Origin: Actinomycetota bacterium
GTDB taxonomy: Bacteria > Actinomycetota > UBA4738 > HRBIN12
Reading direction: 5' to 3'
Length of the DNA: 64,000 nt
Assembly: GCA_035490535.1 (NCBI GenBank)
Contig: DATHCP010000087.1
Span: forward strand, 32,665 to 96,664
Shown here: positions 36,797-44,975 of the stretch, in pieces
How the letters are laid out: each line of letters starts with the position of its first letter
Numbering within the stretch: the first letter of the stretch is position 1
The notes under the pieces: generated by a model
The model's database searches: none
What the model was told of the DNA's origin: nothing
What the model saw: only the letters and a program-made list of their open reading frames with translations
Made by a program: the position numbers and the translations under genes

Positions 36797-37695
36797 CCTC
36801 GCTCCTCCTGGTTGGGATCGGGTGGGTCGGTGTCGCCGAAGGTTTCGGCCGCCCGGGCACCGGCGGCGATCGCGAGCTCGAGCGCGTCGGGGACGGCCGC
36901 GCCGGCAAGGCGGGCCTCGAGGTAGCCGGCGTTGAACGCGTCGCCGGCGCCGACCGGATCGCGTTCGTCGATCGGCGCGGCCGCGCGCTCGTGCCATGCT
37001 CCGTCCGGGTCGAGCGCGGCGGCGCCGTCGGCGCCCCGCGTGAGCACGACCTCGCCGGCGCCGGCGGCCGCGCACCGCTCGGCCAGCGCCGGGCCGGAGC
37101 CGCCGAACAGGGTCGCGAGCTCGTCCTCACCGCCGAGCACGACGTCGCAACGCGCCAGGAGCGGCTCGAGCAGCTCCGCCGCTCGCGCAGATCCCCACAG
37201 GCCCGGACGCAGGTTCGGGTCGATCACGCGGAGGCCCTGCGCGAGGTCGAGCAATGCGACCGCGGCCCGGTGGGGGCCGGGGCCCAGCATCGCCGTGATG
37301 CCCGTGACCAGGACCGCGCGCGCCTCCGCGACCGGCGCGCCCTCCAGGTCCGCCGGCTCGAGCGCGCTCGCGGCCGATCCGGCCCGCCAGTAGCGCACGC
37401 CGCCCTCGGTGTCGCGCAGCATCAGGCCGGTCGGGCGGTCCGGGTCCACATGGACCCAGCGGAGATCGACGCCGGCCGCCGCGAGCGCTCCGCGGATCCG
37501 TCGACCCGCCTCGTCGGCGCCCAGCCGGCTGATCCACGCGGTGCGAGCTCCGCGCCGGGCCAACGCGACGCACGTGTTGCTCTCCGCGCCGCCGATCGTC
37601 GCGGCGAACGTCTCCGCGTCGGCGAGGGTGCCGTCGACGGCGACCAGCGACAGCATCGTCTCGCCGAGCGCGATCAGATCGAACCGCTCGGTCAT
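36793..37695 (-). CDS. kdgK: 2-dehydro-3-deoxygluconokinase-like PfkB sugar kinase
   Basis: ATG 37695 is in an ATGA overlap with the eda stop. MTERFDLIALGETMLSL, GGAESNTCVALAR and DPVGAGDAFNAGYL PfkB signatures. Confidence 0.8.
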   Translation of the reverse strand: MTERFDLIALGETMLSLVAVDGTLADAETFAATIGGAESNTCVALARRGARTAWISRLGADEAGRRIRGALAAAGVDLRWVHVDPDRPTGLMLRDTEGGVRYWRAGSAASALEPADLEGAPVAEARAVLVTGITAMLGPGPHRAAVALLDLAQGLRVIDPNLRPGLWGSARAAELLEPLLARCDVVLGGEDELATLFGGSGPALAERCAAAGAGEVVLTRGADGAAALDPDGAWHERAAAPIDERDPVGAGDAFNAGYLEARLAGAAVPDALELAIAAGARAAETFGDTDPPDPNQEERG

Positions 37696-38351
37696 CCGCG
37701 GGTCGCCGCGACGGCCTCGCGCGCCCGGTCCCGCAGCGCGGTCATGCCGAGATCGTCGGCGGGCGGGACCGCCCCGACCAGGCTCGAGCCGAGGCCGACC
37801 GCGGTCGCCCCCGCCGCGAGGTAGCCGCGGACGTCCGCGATCGCGATCCCGCCGGTCGGCACGATCGGCACGTCGGGGTACGGCCCACGGAGCGTCCGGA
37901 CGTACGCCGGTCCGACGGCGGCCGCGGGGAACAGCTTCACGGCACGCGCCCCGGCCTCGAGCGCCCGCGCCAGTTCGCCCGGGGTCAGGACGCCGGGGAA
38001 CGCGTCGATCCCGCGCGCGGTCGCGGCGTCGACGACGGCCGGCACGAGGTGGGGGGAAGCGACGAACCGGGCGCCGGCGTCGGCCGCCGCGCCCACCTGA
38101 TCGGCGGACAGGACCGTGCCGGCGCCGACCAGGTCGCCGCGCTCCGCCGCACGAGCGATCGCGTCCAGCGCGCCGGGCGTGTCGAGCGTGATCTCGAGCG
38201 CGGGGACACCGGCGTCGGCCAGCGCGCCCAGCACCCGGTCGAGCCCGTCGGCCGTCCGGTAGCGCACCACGGCGATCAGCCGTCCGACGTCCTCGCGGAT
38301 CACCTCGGTCGCCTTGACTCCCGCACCGGCCGGAGCGTAGCATCCGCCCAA
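37692..38351 (-). CDS. eda: KDPG / KHG aldolase
   Basis: EITLDTPGA, GAGTVLS, the Schiff-base lysine in AVKLFPAA and PTGGI. The listed TTG 38351 start is doubtful. GTG 38303 (MIREDVGRLIAVVRY) is more likely because a plus-strand promoter occupies 38314-38343. Confidence 0.85.
   Translation of the reverse strand: MGGCYAPAGAGVKATEVIREDVGRLIAVVRYRTADGLDRVLGALADAGVPALEITLDTPGALDAIARAAERGDLVGAGTVLSADQVGAAADAGARFVASPHLVPAVVDAATARGIDAFPGVLTPGELARALEAGARAVKLFPAAAVGPAYVRTLRGPYPDVPIVPTGGIAIADVRGYLAAGATAVGLGSSLVGAVPPADDLGMTALRDRAREAVAATRG
38314..38343 (+). promoter_or_regulatory. candidate promoter of the ROK regulator gene
   Basis: TTGACT (38314-38319), 18-nt spacer, TAGCAT (38338-38343). The predicted start site is near 38350, so the palindrome at 38358-38370 lies just downstream. 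Confidence 0.45.
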
Positions 38352-38357
38352 TTAGTT

Positions 38358-38370
38358 AGGAAAGTTTCCT
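38358..38370. promoter_or_regulatory. 13-bp palindrome AGGAAAGTTTCCT, candidate operator (copy 2)
   Basis: Identical to 31252-31264. It lies between eda and the ROK regulator gene, immediately downstream of the predicted regulator promoter. Confidence 0.55.
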
Positions 38371-38375
38371 TTGAG

Positions 38376-39584
38376 CTGAGGGGAACGACCACGGTCCTCG
38401 ATCGGACGTCGCGTGCGGGGACGCCCAGCCTCCTGCGGGCGATCAACGAGCGGACCGTTCTGGACTGCGTGCGGCGGCAGGGCCCGATCTCTCGCGCGCA
38501 ACTCGCTCGCGAAACCGCGCTCTCGAAGCCCACGGTCTCGCAGGCCCTCGCCGGGCTCCAGCAGGCGGGACTGGTGCGCGAGGCCGGCCGCTCCCGCGGG
38601 GGCAAGGGCCCGACCGCGATCCTGTACCAGCTGAATCCCCGCGCCGGCTGGGTGGTCGGCATCGACGTCGGCCGCAAATGGCTCCGCGCGGCGATCGCCG
38701 ACGTCACCGGCGAGTTCGTGGCGCGCCGCGACGAGCGCGCCCGCGTGCGCAGCGCCTCCACGCTGATCGCGCAGATCGGCGCGATCGCGCACGGCCTGGC
38801 CTCCGACGCCGGCATCCGCTGGGGGCAGGTCACGTTCGCCGCGGTCGGGAGCCCCGGCGTGTACGAGCCCGGACGTGGCGAGGTCGCGCTCGCGTACAGC
38901 CTGCCGGGCTGGGGCCGGCACGGCCTGGTGGAGCTGGTTCAGCGCGAGCTCGGCACGAAGACCGAGTTCGAGAACGACGTGAACCTCGCAGCACTCGGTG
39001 AGCGGTGGCATGGGCTGGGCAAGGACGTCGGCGACTTCGTGTACCTGCACCTGGGCACGGGCGTCGGGCTCGGCATCGTGGTGAACGGCCAGCTCTACCG
39101 GGGCTCGAGCGGCGCGGCCGGCGAGGTCGGCTACCTGCCCCTGTGGAAGACCGACGTGCGCGACCCCGAGGGGCGCCGGCGGGGGCCGCTGGACGCCGCG
39201 GCGAGCGCCAGCGGGGTGGTCGAGGCCGCGCGCCGGGCCGGGATGACCGGGCCGCTCACCGCCGAGCGTGTGTTCGCGGCGGCGACGCGGGGAGACCGGA
39301 GGGCCGCAAGGGTGGTGGCGCAGGAGGCGGAGCGGATCGCCCTGGCGATCGCTGCGGTCTCGGCGGTCCTCGATCCGGAGCTCGTGATCCTGGGCGGCGG
39401 CATCGGCAGCAACCGCGAGCTGTTGCTGGAACCGGTGCGCAGCAAGCTGGACGGGATCTCCCCATTCCGGCCCCGGGTCGAGGTCTCGGTCCTCGGGCAC
39501 GAGGCCACGCTCTACGGCTCGGTCTCGATGGCCCTGCGGTCCGCCCACGACCAGCTGTTCGACCGCGGGATGGCTTCGGCATGA
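38376..39584 (+). CDS. ROK family transcriptional repressor (NagC/Mlc-like)
   Basis: N-terminal winged HTH SLLRAINERTVLDCVRRQGPISRAQLARETALSKPTVSQALAGLQQAGLV. ROK body GLGIVVNGQLYRGSSGAAGEVGYL, with no Cys-rich zinc motif visible. The start codon is unresolved (CTG 38376 or ACG 38391); see findings. Confidence 0.8.
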   Translation: MRGTTTVLDRTSRAGTPSLLRAINERTVLDCVRRQGPISRAQLARETALSKPTVSQALAGLQQAGLVREAGRSRGGKGPTAILYQLNPRAGWVVGIDVGRKWLRAAIADVTGEFVARRDERARVRSASTLIAQIGAIAHGLASDAGIRWGQVTFAAVGSPGVYEPGRGEVALAYSLPGWGRHGLVELVQRELGTKTEFENDVNLAALGERWHGLGKDVGDFVYLHLGTGVGLGIVVNGQLYRGSSGAAGEVGYLPLWKTDVRDPEGRRRGPLDAAASASGVVEAARRAGMTGPLTAERVFAAATRGDRRAARVVAQEAERIALAIAAVSAVLDPELVILGGGIGSNRELLLEPVRSKLDGISPFRPRVEVSVLGHEATLYGSVSMALRSAHDQLFDRGMASA

Positions 39585-39660
39585 GCTTCCGAGCCCGACC
39601 CGCACGTATATCCGGGAAGCGAACGACGACCCGGGCGTTGCCCGGAGAGGAGGCAACGGG

Positions 39661-41034
39661 ATGAAGCGATGGTCGGTGATGCTCCTCAGCCTGGGGCTGT
39701 TCGCCGCGGCGTGTTCGGGCGGCGGCGCCAGCAGTGGCATCCAGACGGTGAACCCGAGCGCGTCGCACGAGCCCGTGACGCTCACGATGTGGAGCGAGTG
39801 GACCTCCAAGGCCGAGACGAACGTCTTCAACAAGATCTTCGCCGGCTTCGAGAAGCAGTACCCCTGGATCACGGTCGACTCCAAGACCGGGCTGACGGAC
39901 CAGAAGATCATCGCCGCGATCAACGCGGGCGACGCGCCCGATGCGGTGCTCTCGTTCGGGGTGGACAACGTGGGCAAGTTCTGTCAGTCCGGCGCGTGGA
40001 TCGACATGAACCCGTACATCAAGGACCCGAACGTCGGGATCGACATGAGCAGCACGTTCCCGCCGACGGCCCTGACCTACACGAGCTACAACGGGATCCA
40101 GTGCTCGCTGCCGTTCCTCACCGACGTGACCGCCATGTACTACAACCTGGACATGTTCAAGGCCGCCGGCATCAGCGGCCCGCCGAAGACGACGGACGAG
40201 CTGATGGCCGATGCGAAGAGGCTGACGAAGTTCAACCCCGACGGTTCGATCAAGGTTGCCGGCTTCGTGCCCTGGATCGGCTACAACTGCTGCGGCAACA
40301 CGACGCTGAGCTTCGGACACATGTTCGGCGCGAAGTGGCTGGACGCCGACGGGAAGCCGGCCTTCGCGACCGACCCGGCGTGGGCCGAGATGCTCACGTG
40401 GCAGAAGCAGTTCATCGCCGAGGTGTACGGCAACGGGGACTTCCAGACGGGGTCGGACCGGCTCCAGCGGTTCGTCGCCGGGACGGCCGACGAGTTCTCG
40501 CCGGCGAACGACTTCGAGATCGGACGGGTCGCGATCGACCTCGACGGCGAGTGGCGCGCAGGCCCCAACTTCATCCAGGCCGAGGCGCCGAACCTGAACT
40601 ACGACACCGCGCCGATGCCGACCTCCCCCGGGACCACCGACACGTACGGCTCCGGCATCGCCGGCGGCACGATCATCGGGATCCCGCGGGGCTCGAAACA
40701 CGAGGCCGAGGCGTGGCTGCTGATGAAGTACATGGCCACGGACACGCCAACCCTCGTGTACATGGCGAACAACGCCTACAACGTTCCGACGACGAACGCG
40801 TCGTTGAACTCCCCGGATCTGAAGTTCGTCCCGCAGTTCCAGGTCTTCCTGGACGCGTTCGCGAACCCGCATTCGGAGTATCGTCCGACCACGCCGATCG
40901 GTGACGGGTTGGGCACGTACATCGACCAGTTCTCCCAGGCGTGGCAGGCTGGCAAGACCACGGATCTCCAGGGCGGCCTCCAGACGGCGGCCGACCGCAC
41001 GGAGACCGACCTGCAGCAGGCGCAGGCGCCATAG
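39661..41034 (+). CDS. sugar ABC transporter substrate-binding lipoprotein (family 1)
   Basis: SD GGAGAGGAGG. MKRWSVMLLSLGLFAAA|CSGG lipobox. Typical SBP_bac_1 length and composition. Confidence 0.9.
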   Translation: MKRWSVMLLSLGLFAAACSGGGASSGIQTVNPSASHEPVTLTMWSEWTSKAETNVFNKIFAGFEKQYPWITVDSKTGLTDQKIIAAINAGDAPDAVLSFGVDNVGKFCQSGAWIDMNPYIKDPNVGIDMSSTFPPTALTYTSYNGIQCSLPFLTDVTAMYYNLDMFKAAGISGPPKTTDELMADAKRLTKFNPDGSIKVAGFVPWIGYNCCGNTTLSFGHMFGAKWLDADGKPAFATDPAWAEMLTWQKQFIAEVYGNGDFQTGSDRLQRFVAGTADEFSPANDFEIGRVAIDLDGEWRAGPNFIQAEAPNLNYDTAPMPTSPGTTDTYGSGIAGGTIIGIPRGSKHEAEAWLLMKYMATDTPTLVYMANNAYNVPTTNASLNSPDLKFVPQFQVFLDAFANPHSEYRPTTPIGDGLGTYIDQFSQAWQAGKTTDLQGGLQTAADRTETDLQQAQAP

Positions 41035-41045
41035 GAGGAGGGGCG

Positions 41046-42044
41046 ATCGTCGCCACCGCGGCTTCGACGGGACCGACGACGGGCCGGACGACCCCGGTCC
41101 GTCGTCGGACGCCCGCCGCGCGTCGGAGGACCCGCCGGAACTACCTGCGGGTCGCGTTGTTCATGTCGCCGTGGCTGATCGGCTTCTTCGTCTTCACGCT
41201 GTATCCGATCCTCGCGAGCTTCTACTACTCGCTCACGCACTTCGACCTGCTGTCGCATCCGATCTTCAACGGCCTCGCGAACTACCGGTTCATGTTCACG
41301 AAGGACCCGTTCTTCTGGCAGGCGATCCGCAACACGCTGTGGATCATCATCTTCGGGGTGCCGCTGCGGATCGCGTTCGCGGTCGGCACCGCCTGGCTGC
41401 TGGTGAAGCCGCGTCGAGGGATCCGCGTGTACCGAACGATCTTCTTCCTGCCGACGCTCGCGCCGGCGGTCGCCGCGGCGCTCGCCTTCGTGTTCATCTT
41501 CAATCCGGCGTTCGGGCCGGTGAACCAGATCCTGTCGCATCTGGGCGTCAAGAACACGCCGCTGTGGTTCCAGAGTCCCACGTGGTCGAAGCCGGGCCTC
41601 CTGATCCTCGGCCTCTGGGGCGTCGGCGACGCGATGATCATCTTCCTCGCCGGCATGCTGAACGTGCCGCGCCAGCTCTACGAGGCCGCCGACATCGAGG
41701 GCGCATCGGGCTGGCAGAAGTTCCGGCACGTCACGCTGCCGTTGATCAGCCCGGTGATCTTCTTCTCCCTCGTGATCGGCATCATCGAGGGCTTCCAGTT
41801 CTTCACCGAGGCCTACGTCACGAACATCACGCTGAACAACGGCGACGTGAACGGCCTCGGCGATCCGCTGGGCTCGCTGCTGTTCTATACGACCCGCCTG
41901 TACCAGGCCGGCTGGATCAACTTCCAGATGGGCTACGCGTCGGCGCTCGCCTGGGTCCTCCTGGTGATCACGATGATCTGCACGCTCGCCGTGATGAAGT
42001 CCTCGGGACGCTGGGTCTTCTACCAGGGAGGTGAGTTCAAGTAG
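41046..42044 (+). CDS. sugar ABC transporter permease (MalF/UgpA-like)
   Basis: RRNYLRVALFMSPWLIGFFVFTLYPILASFYYSLT N-terminal pattern and an EAA-loop region (YEAADIEGASGWQKFRHVTLPLISP). The start is assigned to ATC 41046 behind AGGAGGAGGGG; see findings. Confidence 0.8.
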   Translation: MVATAASTGPTTGRTTPVRRRTPAARRRTRRNYLRVALFMSPWLIGFFVFTLYPILASFYYSLTHFDLLSHPIFNGLANYRFMFTKDPFFWQAIRNTLWIIIFGVPLRIAFAVGTAWLLVKPRRGIRVYRTIFFLPTLAPAVAAALAFVFIFNPAFGPVNQILSHLGVKNTPLWFQSPTWSKPGLLILGLWGVGDAMIIFLAGMLNVPRQLYEAADIEGASGWQKFRHVTLPLISPVIFFSLVIGIIEGFQFFTEAYVTNITLNNGDVNGLGDPLGSLLFYTTRLYQAGWINFQMGYASALAWVLLVITMICTLAVMKSSGRWVFYQGGEFK

Positions 42045-42109
42045 CCGTCCCCCGCCCCGTCGGTCATCCGGGCGGCGCCGAGGTCCTCAAAGGCGTCGCG
42101 ATCGGGAAC

Positions 42110-42973
42110 ATGGGCGCGCTCTCCGCCCGCCCGGTGCCGCCGCACGAGAAGCGCCGGCGGCTGCTGAGCGCCTTCGCGAACCACACGATCTTGATCGTGC
42201 TGTCGGCGATGTTCTTCCTGCCCTTGCTGTTCGTGCTGCTGACCGCGGTGATGCCGGACTCGCAGGCGAACACCCCGGCGATGTGGCCCCACCAGTGGAT
42301 CTGGTCGAACTACACCAGCGTCTTCAGCGCGATCCCGTTCTTCCGCTACACGTTCAACACGCTGACGATCGCCTTCCTGTCGACCGTCGGCACGGTGCTC
42401 TCCTGCATCCCGGTCGCCTACGCGCTGGCACGGATGCGCTGGCGGGGCCGGCAGGTCGCGTTCGTCGTGATCCTCTCGACCCTGATGCTGCCCTACCAGG
42501 TCACGGTGCTGCCCCTGTACGTGATCTTCGTGCGACTGCACTGGATCCCGTCGCTGAAGCCGCTGATCATCCCGAGCTTCTTCGGCGACGCGTTCTCGAT
42601 CTTCCTGCTCCGACAGTTCTTCATGACGATCCCGGAAGAGCTCGCCGACGCCGCGCGCGTGGACGGCGCGAGCGATTGGCAGATCATGACCCGGGTGATC
42701 GTGCCGCTCGCGAAGCCCGCGATCGCCGCGGTCGCGCTGTTCAACTTCCTCTACAACTGGAACGACTTCTTCGGCCCCCTGCTGTACGTGGGCGAGGATC
42801 CCAATCGCTGGACGCTCGCGATCGGCCTGTCGGAGTTCAAGGCGCTGCACCACGTCCAGTGGAACCTCACGATGGCGGCCTCCGTCCTGTTCATGCTGCC
42901 CATCATCGTGTTGTTCTTCCTGGCGCAACGTGTCTTCGTCGAGGGCATCACGCTGTCGGGCGTGAAGGGCTAG
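42110..42973 (+). CDS. sugar ABC transporter permease (MalG/UgpE-like)
   Basis: Six hydrophobic spans. EAA loop ELADAARVDGASDWQIMTRVIVPLAKPA. Confidence 0.85.
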   Translation: MGALSARPVPPHEKRRRLLSAFANHTILIVLSAMFFLPLLFVLLTAVMPDSQANTPAMWPHQWIWSNYTSVFSAIPFFRYTFNTLTIAFLSTVGTVLSCIPVAYALARMRWRGRQVAFVVILSTLMLPYQVTVLPLYVIFVRLHWIPSLKPLIIPSFFGDAFSIFLLRQFFMTIPEELADAARVDGASDWQIMTRVIVPLAKPAIAAVALFNFLYNWNDFFGPLLYVGEDPNRWTLAIGLSEFKALHHVQWNLTMAASVLFMLPIIVLFFLAQRVFVEGITLSGVKG

Positions 42974-43013
42974 GCTCCGCGCCCGGGACGGACCCGGAGG
43001 GACGGCGACACGG

Positions 43014-43958
43014 ATGCGGGTTGCGCTGTTCGGATGCGGATGGATCCAGGACTTCCACGCGCGCGCCGTGCGCGAGAGCGGCTCCGAGGTGGTCGTCGTG
43101 GCCAACCACCGGGAGGAGACCGCCCGCGCCTTCGCCGAGCGGCACGGGATCGAGCGGGTGACGACCGACTGGGAGTCGCTCGCCCGAGATCCAGAGGTCG
43201 ACGCCGCGGTCGTCTCGACGCCGAACGCCCTGCACGCGCCCCAGTCGGTGGCGCTCCTGGAGGGCGGGATCCCGGTGCTGGTGGAGAAGCCGATGGCCAC
43301 CGATCTCGCCGGCTGCGACGCGATGCTCGCGGCCTCTCGCTCCTCGGGCGCGCCGCTGATGGTCGCCCACTGCTGGCGGTTCCGGGACGAGGTGATCGCG
43401 CTGCGCGACCGGATCGCCGCCGGCGAGCTCGGCGAGGTCGTGAAGACGCGGGGCTACGGGGTCCACGTGGCGTGGGGCCCCTCCGGCTGGTTCGTCGATC
43501 CGGTCCTCGCGGGTGGCGGCGCCTTGGTCGATATGGGTGTCCACGCGATCGACACGGTCCGGTTCCTGCTCGGAGATCCGTCGGTGGAGCGCGTCTGTGC
43601 GGCGGTCGGGACGCGGTACGGTTCCTACGACGTGGACGACGACGCGGTCCTGCTGATCGGCTGGTCCCAGGGGACGACCTCCATCGTCGAATCCGGCTGG
43701 TGGCAGCCCCACGCGGAGGGACTCGAGGCGGAGACCGAGGTGTACGGCACCAGCGGCTACGCGCGCATCTTCCCGCGCGAGGCTCCGAGCGAGGACTACG
43801 AGCACTGCACCCAGCCGATGTATACGGCCCAGATGCGCGAGTTCCTGACCGCGATCGCCGAGGGTCGCCAGCCCCGCCCGTCGGGCGAGGACGGCCGCGT
43901 CGTGATGGACGTCGTCGCGCGCGCCTACGCCTCCGGCGCGGAGGCGGACGCGCCGTGA
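43014..43958 (+). CDS. Gfo/Idh/MocA family NAD(P)-dependent sugar oxidoreductase
   Basis: MRVALFGCGWIQDFHARAV Rossmann N-terminus and the VLVEKPMA motif. Confidence 0.85.
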   Translation: MRVALFGCGWIQDFHARAVRESGSEVVVVANHREETARAFAERHGIERVTTDWESLARDPEVDAAVVSTPNALHAPQSVALLEGGIPVLVEKPMATDLAGCDAMLAASRSSGAPLMVAHCWRFRDEVIALRDRIAAGELGEVVKTRGYGVHVAWGPSGWFVDPVLAGGGALVDMGVHAIDTVRFLLGDPSVERVCAAVGTRYGSYDVDDDAVLLIGWSQGTTSIVESGWWQPHAEGLEAETEVYGTSGYARIFPREAPSEDYEHCTQPMYTAQMREFLTAIAEGRQPRPSGEDGRVVMDVVARAYASGAEADAP

Positions 43959-44956
43959 GCGTGGCCCTGGGGGTCGACGGCGGCGGCCGCAAGACCTATG
44001 CGGTGGTGGTCGACGGCTCGGGGGAGCTGCTCGGCGCCGGCGCCGGCGGCTCCTCGAACTGGGAGACGGCGGGACTGGAGGGCGCCTGCGAGGCGGTCGC
44101 CGAGGCGGCGGACGGTGCGCTCGCGGCCGCCGGTCTGCGGCGCGGCGCGCTCGACGCCTCCGTGTTCGGATTGGCCGGCTTGGATTGGCCCTCCGACCTC
44201 GCGCGTCTCGAGGGCGTGATCGGGCCGCTCGGGTTCGGCGGACCGCAGCGGATCGTGAACGACGCCTTCGTCGCGCTCCGAGCCGGAACGATGCAGCCGT
44301 GGGGCGCCGTCGTGATCTCCGGCACCGGCACCGTCGCGGCCGGCCGCAATCCCGCCGGCGAGGAGTTCCGCACGATCGGCGAGGGGCGCGTCTTCGGCGA
44401 CTTCGGCAGCGAGTTCGACGTCTCCGAGCTCGCGGTGCGTGCGGTCGCCGACGCCTACACGGGCCGCGGGCCCTCCACGATGCTGACCGAGCTGATCTGC
44501 GAGCGGGCCGGCGTGGACGGCGCGGCGACGTTGCTCGAGCGCCTGAGCCGGCAGGACACCCGGCTGCGCTCGCCCGAGGTCGCCAACATGGCCCCGCTCG
44601 TCCTGGAGGCGACGGAACGCGGCGACCTGGTGGCACGAACGATCCTGGAGCAGATCGGCTCCTCGCTCGGCGACGCCGCGGGCCTTGTCGCCGGGCGTCT
44701 CGACATGGGCGACCTCGAGTTCGAGGTGGTCTGCGCCGGCAACCTGTTCCGCACGCCGAACCGCTACCTGATGGACCAGCTCGAGCTCGGCGTCCGGCGG
44801 ACCGCGCCGCGGGCCCGGCCCGAGGTGCTCACGACCCCGCCGGTCGTCGGCGCCGGGTTGATGGCGCTGGAGCTCGCGAGCCCCGCGATCAGCGCAGGCG
44901 CCTCGCTGCGGCTGGCCGGCGCGGCCGCGAGCCACTTCTGGGGCGCCGGCGTCTGA
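43955..44956 (+). CDS. BadF/BadG/BcrA/BcrD-type ATPase, second GlcNAc-kinase-like sugar kinase
   Basis: GTG 43955 is in a GTGA overlap. GVDGGGRKTYAVV and SGTGTVAAG motifs. Paralog of 28579-29619. Confidence 0.75.
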   Translation: MSVALGVDGGGRKTYAVVVDGSGELLGAGAGGSSNWETAGLEGACEAVAEAADGALAAAGLRRGALDASVFGLAGLDWPSDLARLEGVIGPLGFGGPQRIVNDAFVALRAGTMQPWGAVVISGTGTVAAGRNPAGEEFRTIGEGRVFGDFGSEFDVSELAVRAVADAYTGRGPSTMLTELICERAGVDGAATLLERLSRQDTRLRSPEVANMAPLVLEATERGDLVARTILEQIGSSLGDAAGLVAGRLDMGDLEFEVVCAGNLFRTPNRYLMDQLELGVRRTAPRARPEVLTTPPVVGAGLMALELASPAISAGASLRLAGAAASHFWGAGV

Positions 44957-44975
44957 GGTCCGGCGCGGCGACGGC

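Noticed and set aside
38049-38375. GTG 38049 as the start of the ROK regulator (a 114-aa N-terminal extension).
   Set aside because: The extension would be read entirely antisense through the eda coding region. It has no similarity to ROK N-termini and would place a predicted promoter and operator inside the gene.
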